From assembly GCA_963666285.1 (NCBI GenBank), contig OY762711.1: a DNA stretch of 64,000 nucleotides; one strand, written 5' to 3'. The stretch comes from Sedimentisphaerales bacterium (lineage in GTDB: Bacteria > Planctomycetota > Phycisphaerae > Sedimentisphaerales > SM23-30). The translations under genes and the position numbers were made by a program. Below, one piece after another: positions 1 through 9,981 of the stretch (within the stretch, counting starts at the first letter, position 1; each line of letters starts with the position of its first letter). Under the pieces are notes generated by a model, which was not told the DNA's origin, did no database searches, and was given only the letters and a program-made list of their open reading frames with translations.

Positions 1-1455
1 ATCGGTAATAAAATCAACATCCGCAAATACCGCTATATTGCTTTTATCTGCCGATTCAGTTATCCCCGTTCTCTTCTCTTTAGTTGGCTCAGCTCCCTCT
101 TCAGCGTTTTCATCAGCAGGCAGTTCTACTTCAATACCGTCAGGAAATGCCGATTTAAACTTTCCACTTAACAAACATCCAACCACCTGAGATTTATCAC
201 CCGGGGTAAATTGCTTCATCAAAGCAGGCGGATTCATGTATTTCAGATCATAAGGACCTGCGGGTTTCCAGGTATTACCCGCCGGAGTTGTTGACATCAA
301 TGGAGTAAACTCCAAATCGTCCGGGGCCGAATCAAGTTTTTCGATCACACTTGAAAAAATCATTTTCACAGTATCAAGATCTGAACTGATTACATTATTC
401 TTATTAAAACAATTCTCGGCTTCAGATTCGAAACTCAAATACCCGATCAGTTTCTGAGGATTAGATGTCATACTCATCTGTATTGATTCTGCCAAAAGCT
501 TATCTCCGGCAAACTCATCTTCAGGAACAGTAACCCCCCATGCCTCAAGAAGCTTGTTAATGGAAGACGCCTGGCTTTCCTGTTGCTGCATACCATACAT
601 CTGCTGCTGCTGAGGGCTAGGCATATCTGCGATACAATGAGGATCAACCAGAAATACAGCTCTTCCTCCATTTAATACATACTGATCGATAGCAAACAAA
701 GTCTTATCAGAAAAGTCCTTTGGATGTATAACCAGCAGCATATCAACTCCGGTAATCTCATCCAAATCCTGTTCAACTTTAACTACTTCATATTTCTGTC
801 CCAGATGCTGGGAAATAATCCATGGCTGCTTAGGCCTTTGCCCGCTCTGCATCATCATCTGCCTCATATAAGGAGACAAATCCTCACCAGTAACTTCAAG
901 AGAACTGATAACACCTAATTTACTCTTTTCACGAGTAGTAAGAGTATCGAGCAGATAACTAACATCGTACTCTATCAAGTTCTGACGCTCTGGCGCAAAA
1001 AACTCGATGGACTTTGAAACCCCATACTCGGTCTTTGCAACTAAACCAAAGAAAAACCCTTCATCCTGGGTAATAGGAAAACGCTTCAAACCATATCGAA
1101 TAGCATTAACTTCTTCATCTGAGTCTGGACGAGGATCTATAACCCTGAACTTAACATTAGGAGTTATTTTACTGTATTCTTCCAGCAATGCCTTAACAAA
1201 AAGATAATAGTCGTTATATCTCTTTATTGCATCCGGGGCCTTCAACGCAGCAGTCTCTGCATAATATAATTCTATCGAAACCGGCTGATTTATTCTTTTA
1301 AGAATAGTTTTTGTTCCGTCCGAAAGCGAATATAACTTTTGATCGGTGATATCCATCCTGGCAAAACTTGAAACTTTATCTACAATCACAATAGCACTTA
1401 CTGCAATTACCAGGATAAATATCAAGGCTAGTATTGTTTTTGATGACCTATTCAT
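1..1455 (-). CDS. GldG-like ABC-transporter auxiliary/substrate-binding protein (partial, runs off the window start)
   Basis: Not in the ORF track because it is open-ended. Manual translation from ATG at 1455: MNRSSKTILALIFILVIAVSAIVIVDKVSSFARMDITDQKLYSLSDGTKTILKRINQPV...DPRPDSDEE...FFFGL. The D-x-T-x3-YSLS-x2-T motif is typical of the GldG family. The start overlaps the permease stop (TAATG). Confidence 0.85.
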   Translation of the reverse strand, partial: MNRSSKTILALIFILVIAVSAIVIVDKVSSFARMDITDQKLYSLSDGTKTILKRINQPVSIELYYAETAALKAPDAIKRYNDYYLFVKALLEEYSKITPNVKFRVIDPRPDSDEEVNAIRYGLKRFPITQDEGFFFGLVAKTEYGVSKSIEFFAPERQNLIEYDVSYLLDTLTTREKSKLGVISSLEVTGEDLSPYMRQMMMQSGQRPKQPWIISQHLGQKYEVVKVEQDLDEITGVDMLLVIHPKDFSDKTLFAIDQYVLNGGRAVFLVDPHCIADMPSPQQQQMYGMQQQESQASSINKLLEAWGVTVPEDEFAGDKLLAESIQMSMTSNPQKLIGYLSFESEAENCFNKNNVISSDLDTVKMIFSSVIEKLDSAPDDLEFTPLMSTTPAGNTWKPAGPYDLKYMNPPALMKQFTPGDKSQVVGCLLSGKFKSAFPDGIEVELPADENAEEGAEPTKEKRTGITESADKSNIAVFADVDFITD

Positions 1456-2186
1456 TATGCCGCCTTCCTTTCTTCAAGAATCACAGAACTGGCCCAAATC
1501 CAGCATGCAATCATTACAGCAAAAAAGCCTAGATCGCCAAACTGAATGACACCTCTCTGCATTGATTCAAAATGGTTCTGGAAACTTAAATTCACAGCAG
1601 CATTTGCAAGCCCGCTTGGCAGCAAGGCGTTTAACATACTGACAGAGGAAGGTAAACCAATCCAATATAAAACAGAACACGCTACAACAGAAAGGATAAA
1701 ACTAATCACCTGGTTCTTGGTCAATGCCGAAAAGAAGCAACCAACGGCCAGGTAACCACCGGCCATAAGAAATGCTCCAATATAACCTGCTACTATCTGA
1801 CCTAAATCAGGGTCTCCAAGATAACACACAGTCGCAGGCATCGGAAACGTCAAACATAAAGCGATAGCCAGAAAGAGCCAGGCTGCAATAAACTTACCAA
1901 TGACCGCCTGAATAACCGTTATTGGTAACGTAAAAAGCAATTCTATAGAACCACTGCGACGCTCTTCTGCCCAAAGACGCATGGCGACACTGGGAACCAT
2001 AAATATGTACAAAATTGGTATCCACTTGAAAAACAGACGCATATCAGCCTGTCCGATTTCAAAAAACTTGTCCTTAAACGGCAGGTAACCGGCCGCTGCC
2101 AGGAATATCACCAGGAAAACATAAGCTACCGGGGTCGCGAAGTACCCTTTAAGCTCACGTTTACATACTGCAATAAATCCGTTCAT
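1455..2186 (-). CDS. ABC-2 type permease, GldF-like
   Basis: KRELKGYFATPVAYV, MRLWAEERRSGSIELLFTLP, multiple TM helices. Confidence 0.9.
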   Translation of the reverse strand: MNGFIAVCKRELKGYFATPVAYVFLVIFLAAAGYLPFKDKFFEIGQADMRLFFKWIPILYIFMVPSVAMRLWAEERRSGSIELLFTLPITVIQAVIGKFIAAWLFLAIALCLTFPMPATVCYLGDPDLGQIVAGYIGAFLMAGGYLAVGCFFSALTKNQVISFILSVVACSVLYWIGLPSSVSMLNALLPSGLANAAVNLSFQNHFESMQRGVIQFGDLGFFAVMIACWIWASSVILEERKAA

Positions 2187-2305
2187 AATTATATAACTCC
2201 TATGATTTTCTAATTTCCCAAAATATTAATCTGAGATTAGCTGACATATTCAACTAAAGGTGACCTCTGGAAATTGCTTTTGATGCGATAGTTTAAGATT
2301 TTGGT

Positions 2306-2373
2306 TGCTGACAAGAAATATAAAATCGTGCATATTGGGATATATTCACTGTTTTATATGACGCATGTCAGCA
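2306..2373. repeat. Long imperfect intergenic inverted repeat between the ABC ATPase and permease genes
   Basis: tgctgaca...tgtcagca outer arms, atataaaa/ttttatat inner arms, gtg/cac and atat/atat toward the loop. Confidence 0.6.
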
Positions 2374-2418
2374 GGCAAAAGAAAAACTAGTCGCTCAAAA
2401 TGAATTTTCTGAGGTTGC

Positions 2419-3126
2419 CTAAACTGTTATCTTTCTAAACACCTGATCAAAAGAACCGCCAAATTCATTCTTCAAATTTGCAGAAGTATCATTTGCCACA
2501 ATTCTGCCCCTGTTAACAATTACAACACGAGAACACATAGCTTCAACTTCTTCGAGAATATGAGTTGAAATGACAATACATTTTTCTTTTGCCATTTTAT
2601 CTATAAGCATCCTAACCTCATACTTCTGATTAGGATCAAGACCATCTGTCGGCTCATCTAAAATTAAAACGGGTGGATCATGGATAAGACACTGAGCCAG
2701 GCCTACCCTGCGTTTGAATCCCTTTGAGAGAGTCTCAATCGTCTGATGGTAAACTTTTTTTATCGAGCACATGTCAACGACTTTTTCGATTGCAGCCCCC
2801 CTGACATTCCCCTTGATTTCCCGGGCATCACAAACAAAGTTTAGAAAAGATGAAACCGTCATTTCACCATACGCCGGGGCGTTCTCTGCCAGGTAACCGA
2901 GTTGTTTACGTACACCTATGGGGTCTTTTATAATATCATGACCACAGATAGACGCAGTTCCGCTATCAGGAGCGAGAAAACAAGCCAGCATTTTCATGGC
3001 AGTGCTTTTTCCTGCACCATTTGGTCCAAGAAAGCCTAATACCTCTCCCTTGCCAACTTCAAAACTTATACCATCTACGGCCTTTATCGGTCCAAAGCTG
3101 CGTCTAAGGTCATTTACCTTTATCAT
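2419..3126 (-). CDS. ABC transporter ATP-binding protein, GldA-like
   Basis: Walker A GPNGAGKST, signature LSKGFKRR, Walker B LILDEPT, H-loop STH. Confidence 0.95.
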   Translation of the reverse strand: MIKVNDLRRSFGPIKAVDGISFEVGKGEVLGFLGPNGAGKSTAMKMLACFLAPDSGTASICGHDIIKDPIGVRKQLGYLAENAPAYGEMTVSSFLNFVCDAREIKGNVRGAAIEKVVDMCSIKKVYHQTIETLSKGFKRRVGLAQCLIHDPPVLILDEPTDGLDPNQKYEVRMLIDKMAKEKCIVISTHILEEVEAMCSRVVIVNRGRIVANDTSANLKNEFGGSFDQVFRKITV

Positions 3127-3508
3127 ACAACAGGATCTCCTTAAAACTTAAGCACATAAAATACAAATACTTACACTAGCATTTTCAATTTAGCAGTCGA
3201 AATAATCTATTATTATTTATTTTCGATGAATGTCAATACGGCAAAAAAAATAATCAGGTTCAACTATTTTTTTCACTAACATTATTTATAAATCTATATA
3301 TTTTAACCTGATACACCTGACACACAATATCCACTAACTAAAAATCACACAAAACACTTAAAGATAAACACTTACATGTATTAACGAGCATTATAACCAA
3401 AAAACGCAACATCAAAACCATGAAAGAAAAATATCAAATATAGTCAAATATTATGAATTAAACTGTAATAAATTGATCTTAACCCCACACCTTTTCATAT
3501 ACATTTAC

Positions 3509-3536
3509 TAACGCTTACTTATTCCTTTACCGATAG
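3509..3536 (+). promoter_or_regulatory. Putative sigma-28 (FliA-type) promoter of HD-GYP/PilZ gene 1
   Basis: TAAC-N16-ACCGATAG, about 84 nt upstream of the ATG. Confidence 0.4.
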
Positions 3537-3619
3537 TTAGAATATCTTAAATATGTATATCTTTATTAACTGAAGGGAGTAACACAGTCAAATTTCTGAC
3601 TAAGATCGGGAGATGAAAA

Positions 3620-5047
3620 ATGACTGATAGTGCGAGCATCCAAGATATGACTACAACAGAAAAAAGGCACTGTTTTCAAGCGGGTTTTTTACCCGTCCCG
3701 CTGCAATCTGTTCCCCCTGAAAGCTTACAGGGGATTGAAGTCTTCATCTACACACATCCCACATACAGCCTTTATAAAAGTTGCGGGCTGGAATTTAATT
3801 TACAGGATTACAATCGCCTTATTGAGGCTGGAACAGAACACGTTTACATATCTACGAGAGATCATCAGAAATATTATGACGCTATCGAAAGTTCACTGAA
3901 TGAAATTGTTTCTGATAAGAAGATTGCACTCAAGCAAAAATGCGATGTGCTTTATGCCACAACAATGGCTTTGACCAAGGAAATCACTAAAAGCCCGCCT
4001 GAAGGCAAAACCATCACTAAAGCAGAAAAACTAACCGAAAGTACCATAAAGCTGATATTAAATAATCCAAAAGCGTTTCAATATCTATTTAAAGTATCCA
4101 ATCACGATTTCTTTACCGCTACCCATATGTCTAATGTAAGTATATTGCTGGTTTCTTTTGCGGAAAAAATTGGCATTAGAGATATAAGATTGCTTCATGA
4201 TATTGGGACAGGCGGAATGCTTCATGATATTGGTAAAGTTTTCATTCCAAATGATCTGCTTAATAGTACAGAAAAACTCACAACTGAAGAATTTGACCTT
4301 ATAAAAGGTCACGTCCAAAGAGGTTTGGATCACCTGCGAGAAAAAGCAGATCTATCAGAAAATGTGATTAAACTTGTGGCAGAGCATCATGAAAAAATGG
4401 ATGGTTCCGGTTATCCAAATGCTCTGCAAACTGACGAAATATCAATTTTTGGCAGAATGATCACAATAGTCGATATGTTTGAGGCTATGACATCTGTCAG
4501 ACCATATCGCGACAAGAGCTTCTCTCCGGAACAGGCAATGGATATTATTGCCGAAATGACACCTAAACAGCTGGATGAAAAAGTTGTAAATTCTTTTGTT
4601 CAGTTTATTGACTCCTCTTTACTGGGGATAGAACACCCGGAAGACGATAATGACGACAATAACTATATATTGTCAGCTTTGGGCATAAGCAAAGCTGACA
4701 CTGATAATCCTTCTGGCAGACGCCACAAAAGGTATTATTTCAGAATTAAAACTTCAGTAAGAACAGTTTCAGTAACAAACAAACAATGGAGACTCGGTCC
4801 TGAAAAATCTGTTATTGCTCATAATATCTCGCAAAGCGGCATGGGACTTCTTAGTCCGAATAAGTATGAAATTGGACAAATAATTAGTATTTCGCTCTAT
4901 GTGCCTAAATTGGGAAAAACCATAAACTACTTCGCAAAAATAGTAAGATATATGGACCATACCGATGGATGGTATACTTTAGGTGCTGAATTTGTTAAAG
5001 AAAAAACATATGAGCATGTAAATGAAATCTATATGGCACTAAAATAA
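3620..5047 (+). CDS. HD-GYP cyclic-dinucleotide phosphodiesterase with C-terminal PilZ domain (paralog 1)
   Basis: LHDIGK, HHEKMDGSGYP, DMFEAMTSVRPYR; PilZ motifs RRHKR and NISQSG. Confidence 0.9.
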   Translation: MTDSASIQDMTTTEKRHCFQAGFLPVPLQSVPPESLQGIEVFIYTHPTYSLYKSCGLEFNLQDYNRLIEAGTEHVYISTRDHQKYYDAIESSLNEIVSDKKIALKQKCDVLYATTMALTKEITKSPPEGKTITKAEKLTESTIKLILNNPKAFQYLFKVSNHDFFTATHMSNVSILLVSFAEKIGIRDIRLLHDIGTGGMLHDIGKVFIPNDLLNSTEKLTTEEFDLIKGHVQRGLDHLREKADLSENVIKLVAEHHEKMDGSGYPNALQTDEISIFGRMITIVDMFEAMTSVRPYRDKSFSPEQAMDIIAEMTPKQLDEKVVNSFVQFIDSSLLGIEHPEDDNDDNNYILSALGISKADTDNPSGRRHKRYYFRIKTSVRTVSVTNKQWRLGPEKSVIAHNISQSGMGLLSPNKYEIGQIISISLYVPKLGKTINYFAKIVRYMDHTDGWYTLGAEFVKEKTYEHVNEIYMALK

Positions 5048-5330
5048 ATTCCTTTACGCTTTACTTAGCTTCTCAGTTTTTAAATTGAAATAACGCAGTG
5101 CCTTGTTCTTTTTTCATTTTCACTGAATTGTCCTTGTTCCAGCCTTTGCGAATAAAGCTAAACCGTTTTAAGTGCGTCATGTATATATGGTGCGAAGCAT
5201 AAACCGTACTTTAAGAGAAACATTCAATCCGGCATATATTATCTTTATTTATAGATAGTTACATACATTTCCCTACTTCCTTATTTCGGCCACCACAACA
5301 GATGGTATAATAATCTTTTTCATATTCATA

Positions 5331-5358
5331 TAAAATATTGTTAAAATTCAGCCGATAT
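5331..5358 (+). promoter_or_regulatory. Putative sigma-28 promoter of HD-GYP/PilZ gene 2
   Basis: TAAA-N16-GCCGATAT, about 83 nt upstream of ATG 5441. Confidence 0.55.
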
Positions 5359-5440
5359 ATCAATGAATTGAAATGATTCTAAAATGTTGCTGAGATAATT
5401 TCATAATGATGATATGTATAGAATTAACATGAGGAAGTTT

Positions 5441-6868
5441 ATGGCAGATTCAGCTGTAATAGAAAAAGGAGAACAAACACATAATAAAAAAAGCTGCGTA
5501 CAGGAAGGTTTTCTGCCTGTGCCGTTAGCATCAGTCCCCCCAGACAGTCTTAACGGACTTGAAGTATATATCTCTACTTCACCTTCCTACAGTCTTTACA
5601 AAAGCAGTGATCTTAAATTTTGTGCTAAAGATTATGAACGTCTTATTAACGCCGGTACTGAATATGTCTATATTGCTACAAAAGACCATCAGAAATATTA
5701 TAACGCCATCGAAGACTCACTTAGCGATATTGTAAAAGATAAAACCATAGCATTAAATAAAAAATGTGAAATTCTATATGCGACAACAATTGCCTTAACA
5801 AAAGAACTTTCTTCTGCTCCTATTGAAGCTAAAAATATAAATAAAGCGGTTAAACATACTGAAAGTACCATTAGCCTGGTATTGAAAAACCCCAAAGCAT
5901 TCCACCATCTTTTCAATATATCAAATCACGATTTTTATACCGCTACCCATGTATCAAACGTTAGTATTATGCTGGTAACTTTTGCCCATAAAATAGGGGT
6001 TAATGATACACAAATCCTCAATGATCTGGGAACTGGCGGACTTCTTCACGATGTCGGAAAAGTATTTGTCCCGCAAGAACTTCTTAACTGCACAGAAAAA
6101 CTGACTCAGGAAGAATTTGAAATCATAAAAAGCCATGTCAAAAAAGGAGTGATATACCTTGAAGAAAATGCTGATTTATCTGAAATCAGCCTTAAACTCG
6201 TTGCCGAACACCACGAAAAAATGGATGGTTCAGGCTATCCCTACGGACTTGAAGGAGAAAACATATCCCCCCAGGGACGGTTGATCGCTGCCGTAGACAT
6301 GTTTGAAGCTATGACTTCTGTGCGCCCATACCGTGATTCCGGTATCCCCACTGAGCAGGCAATGGAAATGATACGAAACATGGCACCCGAACAGCTGGAT
6401 GAAAAAATTGTATGTTCATTCATGCAATTTGTCGAAAATTCCATAAGCGGTAATGATACTCAACAATCAGAACAATCTGATTTCCAGGTACTTGCAGCGT
6501 TAGGGATCATGGAAGGCGGCATAAAAAACCCTTCTGGCAGACGCCACGAACGTTATTTTTTCAGAGTTAAATCAACTATCAGAACCGTCTTCCACCAAAA
6601 TAATACAATATACTATGGTCCAGAACACAATATCATCATGCATAATATATCTCAAAGCGGAATTGGTATTCTTAGCTATCGTAAATTTGATGAGGGGCAA
6701 TTCATTAATATCGGGATAAAAATTCCTGGCAAGGACAGCGAAGAACACTATTTTGCCAAAGTAGTAAGAATAATTGACCATGCTGACGGGTGGTATACTC
6801 TTGGTGCCGAATTTGTTAAAATGAAATCAGCCGAGCAAATAATGGACATATATACACAATTGAAATAA
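5441..6868 (+). CDS. HD-GYP phosphodiesterase with C-terminal PilZ domain (paralog 2)
   Basis: LHDVGK, HHEKMDGSGYP, RRHER, NISQSG. Start moved from 5414 to 5441 (GAGGAAG RBS; MADSA aligns with MTDSA of paralog 1). Confidence 0.9.
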   Translation: MADSAVIEKGEQTHNKKSCVQEGFLPVPLASVPPDSLNGLEVYISTSPSYSLYKSSDLKFCAKDYERLINAGTEYVYIATKDHQKYYNAIEDSLSDIVKDKTIALNKKCEILYATTIALTKELSSAPIEAKNINKAVKHTESTISLVLKNPKAFHHLFNISNHDFYTATHVSNVSIMLVTFAHKIGVNDTQILNDLGTGGLLHDVGKVFVPQELLNCTEKLTQEEFEIIKSHVKKGVIYLEENADLSEISLKLVAEHHEKMDGSGYPYGLEGENISPQGRLIAAVDMFEAMTSVRPYRDSGIPTEQAMEMIRNMAPEQLDEKIVCSFMQFVENSISGNDTQQSEQSDFQVLAALGIMEGGIKNPSGRRHERYFFRVKSTIRTVFHQNNTIYYGPEHNIIMHNISQSGIGILSYRKFDEGQFINIGIKIPGKDSEEHYFAKVVRIIDHADGWYTLGAEFVKMKSAEQIMDIYTQLK

Positions 6869-6982
6869 TCATTATAATCACTACCATTTATTATTACCAC
6901 AACTGACTGATACAATCATCAAGAACACATATAATATTCTTATTTTTTCGTTTTTTTTACCTGTATTACACCTAAGTTCTTC

Positions 6983-7010
6983 TCAAATTCCACAATCATT
7001 CTACCGATAC
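6983..7010 (+). promoter_or_regulatory. Putative sigma-28 promoter of HD-GYP/PilZ gene 3
   Basis: TCAA-N16-ACCGATAC, about 92 nt upstream of the ATG. Confidence 0.45.
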
Positions 7011-7101
7011 AATATCTAGCTGGTAAAAAAGACTTTAACTTTTTCCAGTGTTAAATATATTGCTACAGATAAACATACCGCAAAGGGAGAACTAAAGATA
7101 T

Positions 7102-8526
7102 ATGCCAGTTGAAACTGCCGTAGATAACTTGCAATTAACAGAGAATAAAAGTTGCATTCAGGAGGGTTACCTACCTGTTCCACTCAAATCTGTACCCCCT
7201 CAAAGCCTTAAAGGACTTGAAGTCTATATTTTTGCTTCTCCTTCCTACAGCCTATATAAAAGTATTGGTTTAAAATTTGAAATCAAAGACCATGAACGCC
7301 TTATCGAAGCCGGTACCGACTACGTCTATATCGCCGTTAAAGATCATAATAATTATTTTGCCGCTATAGAAAATTCTCTTAATAACATCATTAACGATAA
7401 GAAAATAGCTCTACGCAAAAAATGTGAAATTCTATATGCTACTACATTAGCTTTAGCAAATGAAATTTCTCGTTCAAATCCAACAAAAAAAGTTGTCAAT
7501 CAAATAAGAAAAGTAACTGAAAATTCGGTTAAGCTTGTATTAAAAAATCCTAGTGCTTTCAGACATTTATTTTCCATATCCAATCATGATTTCTTCACAG
7601 CAACACATTCCACAAATGTTAGTGTAATGCTGCTCTCTTTTGCATGTAATATTGGTATTTCAGAACCGCAAATACTCAAGGAAATTGGTACCGGAGCACT
7701 TCTTCATGACACAGGTAAAATATTTATACCACAAGATTTGCTTAACTATAAAGAAAAACTCAATGAAGAGCAGCTGGCTACTATAAGAAGCCACGTAGAA
7801 AAAGGTGCAATGCACTTGAGAGCCTACTCAGACCTGTCCGAAGAAATTATCAGAATGACAGAAGAACATCACGAAAGAATGGATGGGACCGGGTATCCAA
7901 AACGGTTAAGAACAAAGCAGATCTCCGTGTATGGAAGAATGTTGGCCATTGTCGACTCTTTTGAAGCTATGACATCCGTAAGACCATACAGAGAAGGTTG
8001 CATGTCTGTAGAACAAGCCATGGACATGATAAACGATATGGCTCCCAGCCAGCTTGATGAGAAAATTGTTGAGTCATTTTGCCGGTTCATCGAATCTAAT
8101 CTTTTGAGCCAAAATGAAGAAATTACACCAAATATTGATTACGGCATACTTAAAGCGCTAGGACTGGCTGAAAAAGATAAGGAAAATCCTTCCGGCAGAA
8201 GACATAGAAGGTTTTATTTCAGAGTAAGATCGTCTCTGCAAATTGTTCGCAGAAAAGATAACAGGTTTCTACTCAGCCCCGAACATCTCATTATTGCCCA
8301 TAACATATCACAAAGCGGCATAGGGTTTCTATGTACCAGGGAATATAATCACGACGACATTATCAGGATTACAATTAATATCCACAAAGATAATAAAAAG
8401 ATTACATTTCTGGCTAAAATTGTTCGGTGCCTTGATCACGCTGATGGCTGGTTCACGTTAGGGGCTCAGTTCATCGAAGAAAAATCCTCTGAAAATATTC
8501 ACGATATCCACTCCAGCTTAAGGTAA
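7102..8526 (+). CDS. HD-GYP phosphodiesterase with C-terminal PilZ domain (paralog 3)
   Basis: LHDTGK, HHERMDGTGYP, RRHRR, NISQSG. Confidence 0.9.
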   Translation: MPVETAVDNLQLTENKSCIQEGYLPVPLKSVPPQSLKGLEVYIFASPSYSLYKSIGLKFEIKDHERLIEAGTDYVYIAVKDHNNYFAAIENSLNNIINDKKIALRKKCEILYATTLALANEISRSNPTKKVVNQIRKVTENSVKLVLKNPSAFRHLFSISNHDFFTATHSTNVSVMLLSFACNIGISEPQILKEIGTGALLHDTGKIFIPQDLLNYKEKLNEEQLATIRSHVEKGAMHLRAYSDLSEEIIRMTEEHHERMDGTGYPKRLRTKQISVYGRMLAIVDSFEAMTSVRPYREGCMSVEQAMDMINDMAPSQLDEKIVESFCRFIESNLLSQNEEITPNIDYGILKALGLAEKDKENPSGRRHRRFYFRVRSSLQIVRRKDNRFLLSPEHLIIAHNISQSGIGFLCTREYNHDDIIRITINIHKDNKKITFLAKIVRCLDHADGWFTLGAQFIEEKSSENIHDIHSSLR

Positions 8527-8612
8527 ACCTCTTATCAACAATGACTTAAACATCACTACCTTCCTCACGCAAATTACATTATTATTTACCTTAACCACAC
8601 CTCAGAATTAAC

Positions 8613-8641
8613 TTGACATATCTTTACATATCCTTTAAACT
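8613..8641 (+). promoter_or_regulatory. Sigma-70 promoter of the rpmF-plsX-fab operon
   Basis: TTGACA-N17-TAAACT. Confidence 0.65.
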
Positions 8642-8750
8642 TTTCGACTTACTGTCTTTTTAAGATGATAGACAGAACATAGTTAATTATTGTGACCTGC
8701 AGGAAATAGTTGTTAAACAACTGTAAAATAATAGTTTAGAGAGATATAAA

Positions 8751-8927
8751 ATGCTACCAGTAAAGAAAAAATCCAAGAGTCGCGTTCGTACAAGGCGCAG
8801 TCATCATGCTCTTAGACCGGTAAACTACTCTGTATGTTCTAAGTGCGGTAATGCCAAACTCCCACACGCTATGTGTGACAAGTGCGGCTATGTTAATGAA
8901 TCTCTGAGTATCAACACAAACGAATAG
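8751..8927 (+). CDS. rpmF: 50S ribosomal protein L32 (zinc-ribbon form, 58 aa; missing from the ORF track)
   Basis: MLPVKKKSKSRVRTRRSHHALRPVNYSVCSKCGNAKLPHAMCDKCGYVNESLSINTNE; two CxxC pairs; canonical position before plsX. Confidence 0.95.
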   Translation: MLPVKKKSKSRVRTRRSHHALRPVNYSVCSKCGNAKLPHAMCDKCGYVNESLSINTNE

Positions 8928-8961
8928 TTTTTGTGATATTTGGCGCCTTAAATTACGAGGG

Positions 8962-9957
8962 ATGTCTATGCGAATAGCAGTCGATGCCATGGGAGGCGAT
9001 AATGCACCTGCAGCTATTGTTGAAGGTGCGTTAGATACTTTAGACTTCATTAGCGATGATGATCATATCATCCTGATTGGCGATGAACAGCAAGTGCTCC
9101 AACACTTGGGCGATGAATCAGTCTGGAAAGACAAGATTTCTGTTGTTCATGCGCCTGAAGCTATTGAAATGCATGAATCTCCTGTTGACTCTCTGCGAAA
9201 AAAGAAAAAAAGCTCTATCTCAATTATGGCTAAAATGGCCAAAGATGGAGAAACCGATATTGTACTCAGTGCAGGAAATACCGGTGCTTGTGTCGCTGCA
9301 TGCCAAATGCGAATGCGTTTGATCAATTCTGTACAACGTCCTGGTATTATGGTGACTTTTCCAACCCTTGCAGGTCCGATTATAATTTGTGATGTTGGCG
9401 CTAATGTTGCTCCTAAACCATCACACCTATATCAATATGGACAAATGTGTGATGTATATGCACGGGAAGCATTTGGAAATGCCAATCCTACTCTGGGGCT
9501 GATTAATATTGGCGAAGAAGAGTCAAAAGGTACAGGGCTGGCTAAAGAAGTTAATAAAATGTTCAAAGCCGACAGCACTCTCAATTTTATCGGAAATGTT
9601 GAACCTAGAGAACTGCTAAACAAACCTGCCGATATTTTGATTTGTGATGGTTTCGCCGGCAATATTATCCTTAAGCTCACTGAAGGTATTGCTGAAGCAG
9701 TTTTTAAATTTATTGGTAATGAAGTTGCCCAGCAAAAACCTGAATTGCTTACACAATTTGCCCCAATTGTTGAACAAATATATAAAAAGCATGATTATAA
9801 TGAATATGGTGGAGCTCCCCTGCTTGGAATCGATGGTACTTGCATCATCTGTCATGGAAACAGCGACAAAAAAGCTATTAAAAGTGCCATACTCGCAGCT
9901 CTTAAACATAGTAAATTAGATATAAATAAAAAAATTGCAGCTAAATTAGCTGAATAA
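8962..9957 (+). CDS. plsX: Phosphate acyltransferase PlsX
   Basis: IAVDAMGGDNAP, SAGNTGA, CDGFAGN, YGGAPLLG, ICHGNS. Confidence 0.97.
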   Translation: MSMRIAVDAMGGDNAPAAIVEGALDTLDFISDDDHIILIGDEQQVLQHLGDESVWKDKISVVHAPEAIEMHESPVDSLRKKKKSSISIMAKMAKDGETDIVLSAGNTGACVAACQMRMRLINSVQRPGIMVTFPTLAGPIIICDVGANVAPKPSHLYQYGQMCDVYAREAFGNANPTLGLINIGEEESKGTGLAKEVNKMFKADSTLNFIGNVEPRELLNKPADILICDGFAGNIILKLTEGIAEAVFKFIGNEVAQQKPELLTQFAPIVEQIYKKHDYNEYGGAPLLGIDGTCIICHGNSDKKAIKSAILAALKHSKLDINKKIAAKLAE

Positions 9958-9981
9958 TCTTTACCCTTCCCAGGATACAAA

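Noticed and set aside
2306..2373. Integron attC site
   Set aside because: Ends are CTGAC/GTCAG rather than RYYYAAC/GTTRRRY, there is no integrase, and the flanking genes form an ordinary operon
1..3126. Gliding motility system
   Set aside because: GldA/F/G-like ABC clusters are widespread in non-gliding bacteria, and no other gld/spr genes are present
3127..7101. c-di-GMP riboswitches upstream of the HD-GYP genes
   Set aside because: No GGCAAA...GAAA...GACGCAAA pattern was seen in the three leaders
8754..9050. 98-aa minus-strand ORF
   Set aside because: Antisense shadow of rpmF/plsX
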